A stretch of 64,000 nt of DNA from Epithemia pelagica (Eukaryota > Protista > Bacillariophyta). Numbering within the stretch: the first letter of the stretch is position 1; each line of letters opens with the position of its first letter. Location: the NCBI GenBank assembly GCA_946965045.2, contig OX337236.1, positions 1,860,001-1,924,000 of the forward strand, given 5' to 3'. The translations under genes were made by a program, and so were the position numbers. The notes under the pieces were generated by a model. The model did no database searches. It saw nothing but the letters and a program-made list of their open reading frames with translations, and was not told where the DNA came from. This document shows positions 49,138 through 61,242 of this stretch, piece after piece.

Positions 49138-50739
49138 TTGTTATTAATCATCATGAATCATCCAAGTAGCAGCAGCAACCGTGAGGGTGGTGCGACTGCC
49201 CCCGGCGCCGACGATTCTCCCCAACAACCCGGTCGCCCGTCCTTGTTATCAGGTCTGCATCGACCTACCTTGTCGGGAGCCACCAGAGGCACCAGCGTTC
49301 GATCCGATTTGGAAGAAACCTTGTCGATTCCAGCCCGTCCCCGTCGATTGTGGAAAGTTTCCGATACCAATGTCCCGGTGATACCGCCCTTTTATCCCAC
49401 GCCCCTGAATCCACGGTTGTGTGCCCATGTCGCCGATGCGTCTCCTTCGGTTGTGGCGGTCCGGATTGCCGAAGCCTTGAGACGACAGTCGATTGCTGTC
49501 GAATACGATGAAGAATCCGTCACCGCCACCTGCATGACGGTCGATCACTGTCGGTTTGTCATTCACTTGTGGCAAGCCATGGCTCCCTCGCACAATGCCA
49601 CGGCCGCCGTCCGAATGCAATTGTCCTCCGACGATACATCATCCATGCCGGGTATGAAACCGATTCCGGGCTTGTTGGTGGAATTTCGTCGTGTTTCGGG
49701 CAACACCATGACCTTTCATTCCGTCGTGTCGGCGCTCAAAAAGGCGGCCAAGAGTCATGGCACGGGTCAAGATGTCCGTCCCTTGCATCATACCTCACCC
49801 TCGGAATTTCCTCGGTACATGGCAGCCTTGACAGCGCCTACACCGCCCAATCCTACCACGACTCCGGATCCAACCAGTCGGCCTCCATGGCAAGCCATTC
49901 ACGGATTGGAACACGCTCTCGCATTGTTGCGAAAAGATCGATTGGATGCCCAACTTCGTGGAATGGAAGAATTGTTGGCCTTGTCAGATGCCGTGACGAG
50001 CGGATTGGAAATTGCCCTGACGGCTAGCATGGCCATTTTGGGAGCACCCCTCGGTGACCAGGATGGAGATACTACGACTACCAATGACTTGTCCATGGTT
50101 TCGACCGCCTTGCATCAAAATTGGATTTATCGTCTCTTGGTGGATCGAGAATTGCCGGACGAAGCCGTCGGTGGTCCTCTGGTAGCCAGCTCGGACGAGC
50201 CGGACGACGACGAAGGTCGAACGACAGGCTTGGCCTTTTTGTGTGGGTTTGGGGGCGAACACGATGCATCGACACTGAATGACAAGCAAATTGAGCAAAT
50301 GCGACACGATCGAGTCCGAATGGGAGATGAATATCATGGAGGTCAAATGCGATGTATCGCGCTCCGGATTTTGGCCAATGCCCTCGTCCTCTTGTCGCGA
50401 CACAATCCCAAGGCACTCTATCAAACACTGTCCACCCATGGTGCCGCGCTCATGTCGGAAGAATTGTTTCAAGCACTGTGGCACGATGCCGGCGGGGCCA
50501 GTCGACCACCGGGTGTTGTGGCCGGCACACGGTTGGCCAGTCCCCACGAAGCCGCCATGGCCATTCGATGTATTCGATTGTTGGGACAAGCCCATCCCAA
50601 GGCCAAACAACGGTTAATCAAACACAAAAAGAGCGCCTTGCAGCAATTGGAAAAGTGTTACTTTATTGGACAAGCCGTCCATGAAATACTCGAATACGAA
50701 GCCAAACGGACCTATCGGTTCTTGACGGCGCATTCCTAG
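49138..50739 (+). CDS. Hypothetical protein, KA1-like N-terminal alpha/beta domain plus helical C-terminus; probable start 49153
   Basis: Long ORF. The pattern AVRIAEALRRQSI...FVIHLW...LLVEFRRVSGNTMTFH resembles KA1-like domains. Confidence 0.55.
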   Translation: MLLIIMNHPSSSSNREGGATAPGADDSPQQPGRPSLLSGLHRPTLSGATRGTSVRSDLEETLSIPARPRRLWKVSDTNVPVIPPFYPTPLNPRLCAHVADASPSVVAVRIAEALRRQSIAVEYDEESVTATCMTVDHCRFVIHLWQAMAPSHNATAAVRMQLSSDDTSSMPGMKPIPGLLVEFRRVSGNTMTFHSVVSALKKAAKSHGTGQDVRPLHHTSPSEFPRYMAALTAPTPPNPTTTPDPTSRPPWQAIHGLEHALALLRKDRLDAQLRGMEELLALSDAVTSGLEIALTASMAILGAPLGDQDGDTTTTNDLSMVSTALHQNWIYRLLVDRELPDEAVGGPLVASSDEPDDDEGRTTGLAFLCGFGGEHDASTLNDKQIEQMRHDRVRMGDEYHGGQMRCIALRILANALVLLSRHNPKALYQTLSTHGAALMSEELFQALWHDAGGASRPPGVVAGTRLASPHEAAMAIRCIRLLGQAHPKAKQRLIKHKKSALQQLEKCYFIGQAVHEILEYEAKRTYRFLTAHS

Positions 50740-51217
50740 TAGGAATACTACTAGTACTACTATAATCCTATACAAAACGTAGTAGGTAGACCATTTGCAA
50801 CAATACTAGACAGACACGAGACGAGACCAATCACACAGTTTTTTCTATGTGTTTTTCCACCCGGAGCCTGCCAACAAAACACTCACGGGATCCCCCCTAG
50901 CAGCAACACAAAAGAACCACGGCTGTTGGTATTCCTCGCACCAACCAAGCTCTGGGAATTCGTAATCTTTCCCACTTCCTGTTAGAAAGCTCTTGAAGGA
51001 ACGAGAGGATGCTCCCAGACGCGTTCCGTTTTCTTCTTCTTGGACGGTCACTCTGTCGTTCTTTGCCTAGAACTGCAGATTCGGTGTGCTACACCTACAA
51101 AAAACAGAGAGTTCAAGAAGAATTCTAGAGACTATTCCTTACTTTGTTTCATCCGAGAGGCGAATCCCTAACTCTTGCTAAACACAAACGCACCTATTAT
51201 TGTCATTGCTATTCGTT

Positions 51218-52579
51218 TCACTGGCTTTGGGAGGCCCGTTGTCCTGCTTCCAGTTCCAGGGGGCCATCACCATCTGTGGTGGGAGGAGGAGGTCCATCTT
51301 TGGGATCAAATCCCATATTTTGTCTCCATCGTCGAAACAATTCCAATTGATAATCTTTATTGGCTCGAACTTTACTCGGTGCTTCTCGGACAATGGCCAT
51401 GACGTTCGCCATGCGTTCCGATCGTTGTCTCATGCGACGGAAATGAGCACGGATCCGCCATCGTTTTTCCTTCTTTTTAATTTTGCGGGTCAACCAGGCA
51501 CGACGCAAATGACGTCGTCGATGACGACTTCCACGAGTACCGGTACGGACCGGAAAGTGGGATCGTGCTTCGGCCAACAAGCGTTCGGTTTCTTCGGGGG
51601 AATATTCCAAGGCGGGAATATCACCCGTCTTGGTCGTTCCCATTCGTTCCTTGCGCAATTGAATCCGAGCTCGAATGCGCCGTTGGACGGTTCGTAAGGC
51701 ACGGAAATGACGATTGCGGGTATGACCCGACACAACTTCGGTCATTTGTCCCGTTTCGAAACCATCCACCATGATGGATTTTTGAAAGTCCACCCATTGT
51801 CGATGATGCGAGGCTACGGCGTCTTCATCCTTATTATCTTGTTCCAAAGCACCGGCTTTGGAAGCACCGACTTTGGCCAAGAGTTTTTGTTTGTCCTTCA
51901 TTTTACGGCGATGTTTTTCCTTGGCCGACAATTTTCGTTTCTTGCGACCCGCCATGCCGCGGTGTTGTTGGTGATGCCACACTGGAACACGAGAAATGCT
52001 CGGAACTCCCAACAAGAGGGGATTGGAGACTGCCATGGTTTGTGAAAAAGAACCACAAATTGTGTTTGGATGGTGACGGATGGTGGACCCACCCAGGGGC
52101 GAGGAGGAGAGCAGGATGGATGATGAACAAGACGACGACAACGCCCGCACCGTGGTTCCGGCAAGACATGTTCCAAGTGTCCCAGCCGGGTTGCAGGATG
52201 CCACTATTCCAATCGTTTTGTTGGTCTTGGAATGGATCAATGGCAATGAAATCCTGTGGCGACACCAAACGCCAATCCCACGGGTGGCGGCGGCGGTGGT
52301 GGTGGCCATCATCATGGTGATGATGATGATGGTGACTGCCTTGCCAGGAACAGAGGATGTCTCGAATGGTCTGGACCGACCATCATGCCGCGCGGGTCCA
52401 ACAAAAGATACCATGGCTGCCTGTCCGCTGTCCGCCTGACTTATTCCGCGACCGAAGAATTCTCTTCCGCGACCGACTACCACTACCCACTCTACCACCA
52501 CCACGACACCCACCCACGACACTAATGTTACTACTCCTATACTCCTACTCCCATGACCCAGAAAATGTTCTTGATCCAT
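51218..52579 (-). CDS. Hypothetical basic protein, possibly mitochondrial; parent of the N-terminus fused in copies C and D
   Basis: Long ORF. S/T/R-rich, acid-poor stretch from MMMATTT to HRGMAG resembles a presequence. Highly basic helical C-terminus. Confidence 0.6.
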   Translation of the reverse strand: MDQEHFLGHGSRSIGVVTLVSWVGVVVVVEWVVVVGRGREFFGRGISQADSGQAAMVSFVGPARHDGRSRPFETSSVPGKAVTIIIITMMMATTTAAATRGIGVWCRHRISLPLIHSKTNKTIGIVASCNPAGTLGTCLAGTTVRALSSSCSSSILLSSSPLGGSTIRHHPNTICGSFSQTMAVSNPLLLGVPSISRVPVWHHQQHRGMAGRKKRKLSAKEKHRRKMKDKQKLLAKVGASKAGALEQDNKDEDAVASHHRQWVDFQKSIMVDGFETGQMTEVVSGHTRNRHFRALRTVQRRIRARIQLRKERMGTTKTGDIPALEYSPEETERLLAEARSHFPVRTGTRGSRHRRRHLRRAWLTRKIKKKEKRWRIRAHFRRMRQRSERMANVMAIVREAPSKVRANKDYQLELFRRWRQNMGFDPKDGPPPPTTDGDGPLELEAGQRASQSQ

Positions 52580-52829
52580 ACGATTGTTCTAGACAAAATA
52601 GTGGAACAAGATTTTCTAGCACAGCGATCTACTTCTCCACATTTGCTAGAGGAAATGATGGAGGACATTTCATACTACTCTGCCCAAGGGCACCGGGACA
52701 AACGAGAAACGAACATCAACGTTTGGGTGTGTCGCGGTCAACCATGGAAAACCCGCACCAGTCTAGTTCTCTCGAGTCATATCCCACAAGCCCACAAGGA
52801 ACAGGAGTGTATATGTGTGCCTGTGTGTT

Positions 52830-54756
52830 GCGCTTTTTCTTTCTACCAGTTCGGTGTGTATTCTTCGATGCGACACGCTGCGCATCATTGAGACGATGGC
52901 CTTTTTTAGCAACTGGACCACGATCGTTCTCCTGATAGACGAGGTGTTGTACGTCACCAACTCGTAGTTTGTCGTCATGGTTGTATGGGCCAAGGCAAGC
53001 TTGATCAATAATTTGTGTGTCCCGCATGCTGGGAACAGCTCCTCCCCAGTCGTTATTCATGTTCAGAGCATTTAACCCATCGGATTGTTGTTTTCCATGA
53101 CCACTGCTTTGGTCGAACAAAAAGACAAAGTCATGGGCGGGGAACATGACCACGAGGCAATCGACAATATCCTCCAACTGCAAGGCCATGTATTCATAAT
53201 TCCAATATCCCTCTTTATCTGCTCCGTATTCAAAAAAGCGAGTGAACGGTTGGGCATTGGTAATTGGAGTCTTGGCAGTGTGACCATTGAGGTTCACTGC
53301 AGCCTCGGTAGAGACGTATTTGTTGTTTGTCGCATGTAGACGGAGTTCATTAATCCGAAATAGACTCGCAGCAAGCAACGGGTTTCCGTTCATAAGGAAG
53401 CCCCATGATCGGCTTACAAAAGTGCTGATCATCATCCCATGTCCATCATCCTTTGGCAGCATTTTAGTTGCGCCATCTTTAGTGTACCATGCCTTAGACG
53501 AGAAGGAAAACTGCTTGTAGATCGATTCCACATTTGGAAGTGCCTCCACGTTGGAAATGGCCCTTTCAAGGGTTTCTATCCATCGCTCAAGATTTCGTTT
53601 TGACGATCCTGGAGAATCGCATTTGCCGGCAAAGAGCCTACGGTTCCTTGGCTCATCAAAATAGGCGCTTTCCATTTGTTGCGATAGACCTTGGATCATC
53701 TCACTCTCGAAAACTGAAAAACCAATCGGCAAACTCTGTGGATGGTCATGGCCGATTTCGTCTGTGGCCAATTCAGGATGTTGGATTGCTCCAACAAGCA
53801 CCTGATTTGTGTTGTCGTGAGGTGGTGACGTTTGCATTTCGGTAGGGCTGTCTCCAATTTGTGGCGGTTGACCATGTTGCTGCGTTGCAGTGCTCTTGAT
53901 TGCTGGTGGAGTTGAAGTGTTTCTTGCTTGCTTGGATGTATTTAGCGTGCCTTCACGCAACCCTGGTGACTCTTCGTTCCTTCGCTTCGTTGGCTTCGCT
54001 CGTCCCGACCGCCGAATCACATTCTCGGCTGCAGCCTCCAGCCATTCTTGATGATCGTCCAACATCACTGGCAGGGTTGTTGTGTCTTTAGAGATGTAAT
54101 AGAATGTGAAGCGTTCCCTTTTGATTGTATCTCTGTAGCGGTAGAAGCCATACTTGTTTGGCTTTTCAACATCATCGAAACACATTGCAATGCTTTTTTC
54201 TCTTCGGAAAGCACGGTTCATTTCCAGCACAGACAATCCTGGCAACCAAGTGTTCATATATCCTACAAGCTCGACATCTCGGAACCACTTGTTGCAGAAT
54301 CCAAACACGGTGGGTGAGCACTGCTTCCGAAACAGTTCAACAATCTCGTTCCCAGAAAAACTTCGTTCCATCCGAGACTGTGCTGCGTGAGGTGAGTCCG
54401 ATGATCGTGTCATTGTGGATGATGTCGATGCGTTGAACTGTTGCCCCATTGGGGGTGGTTCAAGTAAACCCTAAAGCATCCGGATGCAGCTCGGCAACAG
54501 TTCAACGGGTCTGGGAGGCCCTCCACCATGGTCGTTAGACAACAACCGTTTTTTCATCATTTTGGACGGAATTCCAGCGTTCGGAAGCTGTCACGCAACA
54601 CACTAAAACACATAAAAATATATCATAAGACTCTGGGAAGTCTCGAGTCGGACACTTTCATTCACTAGTAAGGCCGAACGCTATTAAGGATTATACTCTA
54701 TGGTACTAAATCTACGAGGGGTCTACGTCAGGAACATACTCCCTGAACTCAGCTTG
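52830..54756 (-). mobile_element. Defective relative of the 7-kb transposon (internally deleted, 3'-truncated transposase remnant, ORF 52716..54449)
   Basis: Shares the N-terminal NKW..D.E...W.P.LS..MNR block, LPKDDGHG, YWNYEYMALQLED and FLFDQSSGH with 20722..23871. Lacks the first D region and the HCEL..E motif. Right end TGAACTCAGCTTG|TA resembles the TIR end TGAACCAGCTTG|TA. Confidence 0.8.
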
Positions 54757-54758
54757 TA

Positions 54759-55372
54759 TATTATCGGTGGGCGGACGCAGAGATGCGGAGCATGCGCGGC
54801 GCGCGCGCTCAAAATCCTCGACCGTCACGGAAACGCGTATGGGTCGCCTTAAGTATGGAATCGAAAAGGAAGGAGAAGAGCAACTTTGGGAAGACGATGG
54901 CAAGCAAAGGGGTGGTTTCCGGACGCAATAATCATTCCCTTTATAGACTACTTATCATTTAGAGTATCCATTGGATATTTCACCTGTTGTTCTGTTGGCC
55001 CTACGAGCTCATGTGGGAAAGACACGTCAATTTCCATGCTCTATGGAAACACAACCTCCACCATGAGGATGGAAAAGACTCCTAAAGAGCAAGGCAGCAA
55101 CAGTTGGCCGACTATATGTACTTGTCTACAATACTAGTGCCTAGATAGACTCTGTCATCGCTTTTGTCCATGACAAATCCATCATCGGAAGACTTCGACT
55201 GTTCGACGCATTGAGTGTGTGGTGTGTGGGCGCGTGATGTTGCTTCCAACCATGCTCCACCCGCACTCTTCCTCCGCATGTAAATTTTGCGAAGGAAAGC
55301 TCTACATCCGGGTTGGTTTGGCCTTTCTCCGCCCATATCATGCTTCGCACATGCTCCGCGCGCCCGATAATA
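54759..55372. mobile_element. MITE-like 614-bp insert, unit 1
   Basis: Ends TATTATCGG...CCGATAATA flanked by TA on both sides, with inverted subterminal GCGGAGCATG motifs. No long ORF. Confidence 0.5.
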
Positions 55373-55553
55373 TACCCCCTTAGCCTGCCGGCTTACCCGA
55401 CACGTTCATTCTGAACTCAGTCGAACTACCTACCTAGAGCAGTTAGCATCCCCATTTCAATTTTTCATTTTTCCACAAGATCTTTTCTCTTTTAAGATGT
55501 TATTCTCTTGTACTTGATACAGACCATCGTCCTCTTCGTAATCGCAACGGGTG

Positions 55554-58268
55554 TCAATGTTCGCGAGCAGACAATTCACGCCATTGTTCCGGCAACCACC
55601 TTTTACCGGAAACCCCAAAGAAGCTTCGAAGCTGTGGTCTTGCAAGACAAGTCCATCCGCGCCTCTCTGATGGATTGACAGCAGGATGCCCACGGACAAG
55701 ATAGGAATTGGGCAACGTGGCAGGTTGATTTGGAATCTCTTTCCCTTCCTTTAGTTGGTATCCATAGAGATCATATGTGACAACCCCTGACTTTACATCC
55801 TTTTGCCACAAACAAACAAAAACATCGTACTCTGGAAATTTAGCAAACTTCGGGTAGTAAATAGAAACTTTGGGAAAGTTCCCCTCCCAGTGATGGTTCG
55901 AACAGATTTCACCCAGTGCCTTCTGCAATTCTTCAAGATTCTTGACCATCGATATGGTCCGAGTGGCGGGCAATGGATAATTATAAAAGAGACTTGTCGA
56001 AATCGTCTTCATTTCGAAACTCACAGTTGGGATGCACGAGACATCTCCAAAATTACCAGAAACATATCGCAACCAGAGAACAAGCAAAAACAAAGACTCC
56101 CATCCATCACCGCTTTCTTCTTTGCTCGTGCTCCAACTTTTCGCATCTTGTACGACTTGACTTTGCGATAGTCCGAAACGACCTTGGATTGAATCTGCAA
56201 GATTTCCCAACAACTCCATCAAATAGCATGGTATCCAATAGCTTTTGCCATTGCCGTTATCCAAAAGTGCGTCAATATTCGTCCCTAGTGGCTCTCCTGA
56301 GAAGAAAGATCCCAAGACTCTTTGCAGCAAGTCGAAGTCCAATGTTGTACCACTACAAGCCCTCTCTGTACGACGGGCGATCTGCGCTTTCTCAGCGAGC
56401 CCTTCAACCGTAAGAGTTGTCACCAGCAATGCCGGAATGAGGCCGTAATAGAGAGCCATTCGCGGCGTGAGATCGGTGATACTTAGATTTTGTCTTGCAC
56501 CTGATAGATCCTGAATCAGCGGTAAGGTTTTAACTTCCATGTCACGAAAGGAAAGGGACGGCAATGCTTTTTCTGGATTTGTTGAGCTCAAATGGGAAGA
56601 AAACACATAGTATCTTCCTCGTTGGGTGAGAAAGTTCTCCTTCAAGAAAAGTACAATGTCTTTGTCCAACTCCACGTTGTTCAACTCGTCAATCAACAAT
56701 ACGACTTGGTTGGTCCCAAGAAAAGAAGACACCTCGTCTGCCGTGATGCTGTATTTCTTGAAGGCTTTAAAATCATCACTTATCGCACCTGTCCTTAAAC
56801 TCGCTGGACGAGCATCAAACGCAATCCGCCGGCAAAGCATTTCAAGACTCGAGTCTCCTCTCAAAATCTCATAATCGCAATTGGAGAAGTCGTTGAATGA
56901 GACAAAGAGAGTTGGAATACACTGTTCGCGAAGTGCCTTTGCCAACTCGTAGAGTGCCCTCGTCTTCCCTCCCCTGGAGCAGCGAGCCAGGGAAGTGATT
57001 GGGACTCGGTACGATCCATCGGCTGCATCCTCCTTCAGGCACAAATCCGTCACCCTCCCCACGATGTCATCAAGCCATCCTTCTTGGCTTACGAACGGAG
57101 GTGTGATCGGTTCAAGATGAGGAATTTCCAAGAGGTTCATCCACTGTTGAGCCGGAATGCGGATTCTTTTTGGCGGACTTGCCTCTGGCACTGTCCATTG
57201 CACGCTTCTAAGTTTTGAGTTAAAATAGTAGGTCCGCCCCTCGCCGTCTACCATTTCTTGCCATCCTTCTGGAAGGGGCGGTGAATCTGCCGGTTGAGCT
57301 GGAATGCGGATTCTTTTTGGCGGATTAGCCTCAGGCACTGTCCATTGCACGCTTCCAAGTTTTGAGTTAAAATAGTAGGTCCGCCCCTCGCCGTCTACCA
57401 TTTCTTGCCATCCTTCTGGAAGGGGCGGTGAATCTGCCGGTTGCTCCTGCGATGCACTCATTCCTAGACATACTGTATCTTGATTGTGTTGTATAGTTGT
57501 TGTCGAGGTTGTTGTCGCTTCATGTACAATCATTTCGTCAGCTCCAACAGAAGCTGCACCCAGATCCACGTCTCCGGTCATAACGTCGATCTTCCGCCTC
57601 TTGCTAAGTCCCACATGTGATTTTCGTTTCTTGCGACCCGCCATGCCGCGGTGTTGTTGGTGATGCCACACTGGAACACGAGAAATGCTCGGAACTCCCA
57701 ACAAGAGGGGATTGGAGACTGCCATGGTTTGTGAAAAAGAACCACAAATTGTGTTTGGATGGTGACGGATGGTGGATCCACCCAGGGGCGAGGAGGAGAG
57801 CAGGATGGATGATGAACAAGACGACGACAACGCCCGCACCGTGGTTCCGGCAAGACATGTTCCAAGTGTCCCAGCCGGGTTGCAGGATGCCACTATTCCA
57901 ATCGTTTTGTTGGTCTTGGAATGGATCAATGGCAATGAAATCCTGTGGCGACACCAAACGCCAATCCCACGGGTGGCGGCGGCGGTGGTGGTGGCCATCA
58001 TCATGGTGATGATGATGATGGTGACTGCCTTGCCAGGAACAGAGGATGTCTCGAATGGTCTGGACCGACCATCATGCCGCGCGGGTCCAACAAAAGATAC
58101 CATGGCTGCCTGTCCGCTGTCCGCCTGACTTATTCCGCGACCGAAGAATTCTCTTCCGCGACCGACTACCACTACCCACTCTACCACCACCACGACACCC
58201 ACCCACGACACTAATGTTACTACTCCTATACTCCTACTCCCATGACCCAGAAAATGTTCTTGATCCAT
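55554..58268 (-). CDS. Chimeric gene (copy C): N-terminus of the 51218..52579 gene fused in frame to the WW-WW/NTPase/nuclease module
   Basis: Junction at 57620 reads RGMAGRKKRK|SHVGLSKRRK. 904-aa open frame; internal Met at 57461. Confidence 0.8.
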   Translation of the reverse strand: MDQEHFLGHGSRSIGVVTLVSWVGVVVVVEWVVVVGRGREFFGRGISQADSGQAAMVSFVGPARHDGRSRPFETSSVPGKAVTIIIITMMMATTTAAATRGIGVWCRHRISLPLIHSKTNKTIGIVASCNPAGTLGTCLAGTTVRALSSSCSSSILLSSSPLGGSTIRHHPNTICGSFSQTMAVSNPLLLGVPSISRVPVWHHQQHRGMAGRKKRKSHVGLSKRRKIDVMTGDVDLGAASVGADEMIVHEATTTSTTTIQHNQDTVCLGMSASQEQPADSPPLPEGWQEMVDGEGRTYYFNSKLGSVQWTVPEANPPKRIRIPAQPADSPPLPEGWQEMVDGEGRTYYFNSKLRSVQWTVPEASPPKRIRIPAQQWMNLLEIPHLEPITPPFVSQEGWLDDIVGRVTDLCLKEDAADGSYRVPITSLARCSRGGKTRALYELAKALREQCIPTLFVSFNDFSNCDYEILRGDSSLEMLCRRIAFDARPASLRTGAISDDFKAFKKYSITADEVSSFLGTNQVVLLIDELNNVELDKDIVLFLKENFLTQRGRYYVFSSHLSSTNPEKALPSLSFRDMEVKTLPLIQDLSGARQNLSITDLTPRMALYYGLIPALLVTTLTVEGLAEKAQIARRTERACSGTTLDFDLLQRVLGSFFSGEPLGTNIDALLDNGNGKSYWIPCYLMELLGNLADSIQGRFGLSQSQVVQDAKSWSTSKEESGDGWESLFLLVLWLRYVSGNFGDVSCIPTVSFEMKTISTSLFYNYPLPATRTISMVKNLEELQKALGEICSNHHWEGNFPKVSIYYPKFAKFPEYDVFVCLWQKDVKSGVVTYDLYGYQLKEGKEIPNQPATLPNSYLVRGHPAVNPSERRGWTCLARPQLRSFFGVSGKRWLPEQWRELSAREH

Positions 58269-58518
58269 ACGATTGTTCTAGACAAAATAGTGGAACAAGA
58301 TTTTCTAGCACAGCGATCTACTTCTCCACATTTGCTAGAGGAAATGATGGAGGACATTTCATACTACTCTGCCCAAGGGCACCGGGACAAACGAGAAACG
58401 AACATCAACGTTTGGGTGTGTCGCGGTCAACCATGGAAAACCCGCACCAGTCTAGTTCTCTCGAGTCATATCCCACAAGCCCACAAGGAACAGGAGTGTA
58501 TATGTGTGCCTGTGTGTT

Positions 58519-60445
58519 GCGCTTTGTCTTTCTACCAGTTCGGTGTGTATTCTTCGATGCGACACGCTGCGCATCATTGAGACGATGGCCTTTTTTAGCA
58601 ACTGGACCACGATCGTTCTCCTGATAGACGAGGTGTTGTACGTCACCAACTTGTAGTTTGTCGTCATGGTTGTATGGGCCAAGGCAAGCTTGATCAATAA
58701 TTTGTGTGTCCCGCATGCTGGGAACAGCTCCTCCCCAGTCGTTATTCATGTTCAGAGCATTTAACCCATCGGATTGTTGTTTTCCATGACCACTGCTTTG
58801 GTCGAACAAAAAGACAAAGTCATGGGCGGGGAACATGACCACGAGGCAATCGACAATATCCTCCAACTGCAAGGCCATGTATTCATAATTCCAATATCCC
58901 TCTTTATCTGCTCCGTATTCAAAAAAGCGAGTGAACGGTTGGGCATTGGTAATTGGAGTCTTGGCAGTGTGACCATTGAGGTTCACTGCAGCCTCGGTAG
59001 AGACGTATTTGTTGTTTGTCGCATGAAGACGGAGTTCATCAATCCGAAATAGACTCGCAGCAAGCAACGGGTTTCCGTTCATAAGGAAGCCCCATGATCG
59101 GCTTACAAAAGTGCTGATCATCATCCCATGTCCATCATCCTTTGGCAGCATTTTAGTTGCGCCATCTTTAGTGTACCATGCCTTAGACGAGAAGGAAAAC
59201 TGCTTGTAGATCGATTCCACATTCGGAAGTGCCTCCACGTTGGAAATGGCCCTTTCAAGGGTTTCTATCCATCGCTCAAGATTTCGTTTTGACGATCCTG
59301 GAGAATCGCATTTGCCGGCAAAGAGCCTACGGTTCCTTGGCTCATCAAAATAGGCGCTTTCCATTTGTTGCGATAGACCTTGGATCATCTCACTCTCGAA
59401 AACTGAAAAACCAATCGGCAAACTCTGTGGATGGTCATGGCCGATTTCGTCTGTGGCCAATTCAGGATGTTGGATTGCTCCAACAAGCACCTGATTTGTG
59501 TTGTCGTGAGGTGGTGACGTTTGCATTTCGGTAGGGCTGTCTCCAATTTGTGGCGGTTGACCATGTTGCTGCGTTGCAGTGCTCTTGATTGCTGGTGGAG
59601 TTGAAGTGTTTCTTGCTTGCTTGGATGTATTTAGCGTGCCTTCACGCAACCCTGGTGACTCTTCGTTCCTTCGCTTCGTTGGCTTCGCTCGTCCCGACCG
59701 CCGAATCACATTCTCGGCTGCAGCCTCCAGCCATTCTTGATGATCGTCCAACATCACTGGCAGGGTTGTTGTGTCTTTAGAGATGTAATAGAATGTGAAG
59801 CGTTCCCTTTTGATCGTATCTCTGTAGCGGTAGAAGCCATACTTGTTTGGCTTTTCAACATCATCGAAACACATTGCAATGCTTTTTTCTCTTCGGAAAG
59901 CACGGTTCATTTCCAGCACAGACAATCCTGGCAACCAAGTGTTCATATATCCTACAAGCTCGACATCTCGGAACCACTTGTTGCAGAATCCAAACACGGT
60001 GGGTGAGCACTGCTTCCGAAACAGTTCAACAATCTCGTTCCCAGAAAAACTTCGTTCCATCCGAGACTGTGCTGCGTGAGGTGAGTCCGATGATCGTGTC
60101 ATTGTGGATGATGTCGATGCGTTGAACTGTTGCCCCATTGGGGGTGGTTCAAGTAAACCCTAAAGCATCCGGATGCAGCTCGGCAACAGTTCAACGGGTC
60201 TGGGAGGCCCTCCACCATGGTCGTTAGACAACAACCGTTTTTTCATCATTTTGGACGGAATTCCAGCGTTCGGAAGCTGTCACGCAACACACTAAAACAC
60301 ATAAAAATATATCATAAGACTCTGGGAAGTCTCGAGTCGGACACTTTCATTCACTAGTAAGGCCGAACGCTATTAAGGATTATACTCTATGGTACTAAAT
60401 CTACGAGGGGTCTACGTCAGGAACATACTCCCTGAACTCAGCTTG
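58519..60445 (-). mobile_element. Second copy of the defective transposase remnant (ORF 58405..60138)
   Basis: Tandem-unit copy with a few substitutions (N>D, R>Q, K>T). Confidence 0.8.
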
Positions 60446-60447
60446 TA

Positions 60448-61061
60448 TATTATCGGTGGGCGGACGCAGAGATGCGGAGCATGCGCGGCGCGCGCGCTCA
60501 AAATCCTCGACCGTCACGGAAACGCGTATGGGTCGCCTTAAGTATGGAATCGAAAAGGAAGGAGAAGAGCAACTTTGGGAAGACGATGGCAAGCAAAGGG
60601 GTGGTTTCCGGACGCAATAATCATTCCCTTTATAGACTACTTATCATTTAGAGTATCCATTGGATATTTCACCTGTTGTTCTGTTGGCCCTACGAGCTCA
60701 TGTGGGAAAGACACGTCAATTTCCATGCTCTATGGAAACACAACCTCCACCATGAGGATGGAAAAGACTCCTAAAGAGCAAGGCAGCAACAGTTGGCCGA
60801 CTATATGTACTTGTCTACAATACTAGTGCCTAGATAGACTCTGTCATCGCTTTTGTCCATGACAAATCCATCATCGGAAGACTTCGACTGTTCGACGCAT
60901 TGAGTGTGTGGTGTGTGGGCGCGTGATGTTGCTTCCAACCATGCTCCACCCGCACTCTTCCTCCGCATGTAAATTTTGCGAAGGAAAGCTCTACATCCGG
61001 GTTGGTTTGGCCTTTCTCCGCCCATATCATGCTTCGCACATGCTCCGCGCGCCCGATAATA
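60448..61061. mobile_element. MITE-like insert, unit 2
   Basis: Copy of 54759..55372. Confidence 0.5.
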
Positions 61062-61242
61062 TACCCCCTTAGCCTGCCGGCTTACCCGACACGTTCATTC
61101 TGAACTCAGTCGAACTACCTACCTAGAGCAGTTAGCATCCCCATTTCAATTTTTCATTTTTCCACAAGATCTTTTCTCTTTTAAGATGTTATTCTCTTGT
61201 ACTTGATACAGACCATCGTCCACTTCGTAATCGCAACGGGTG

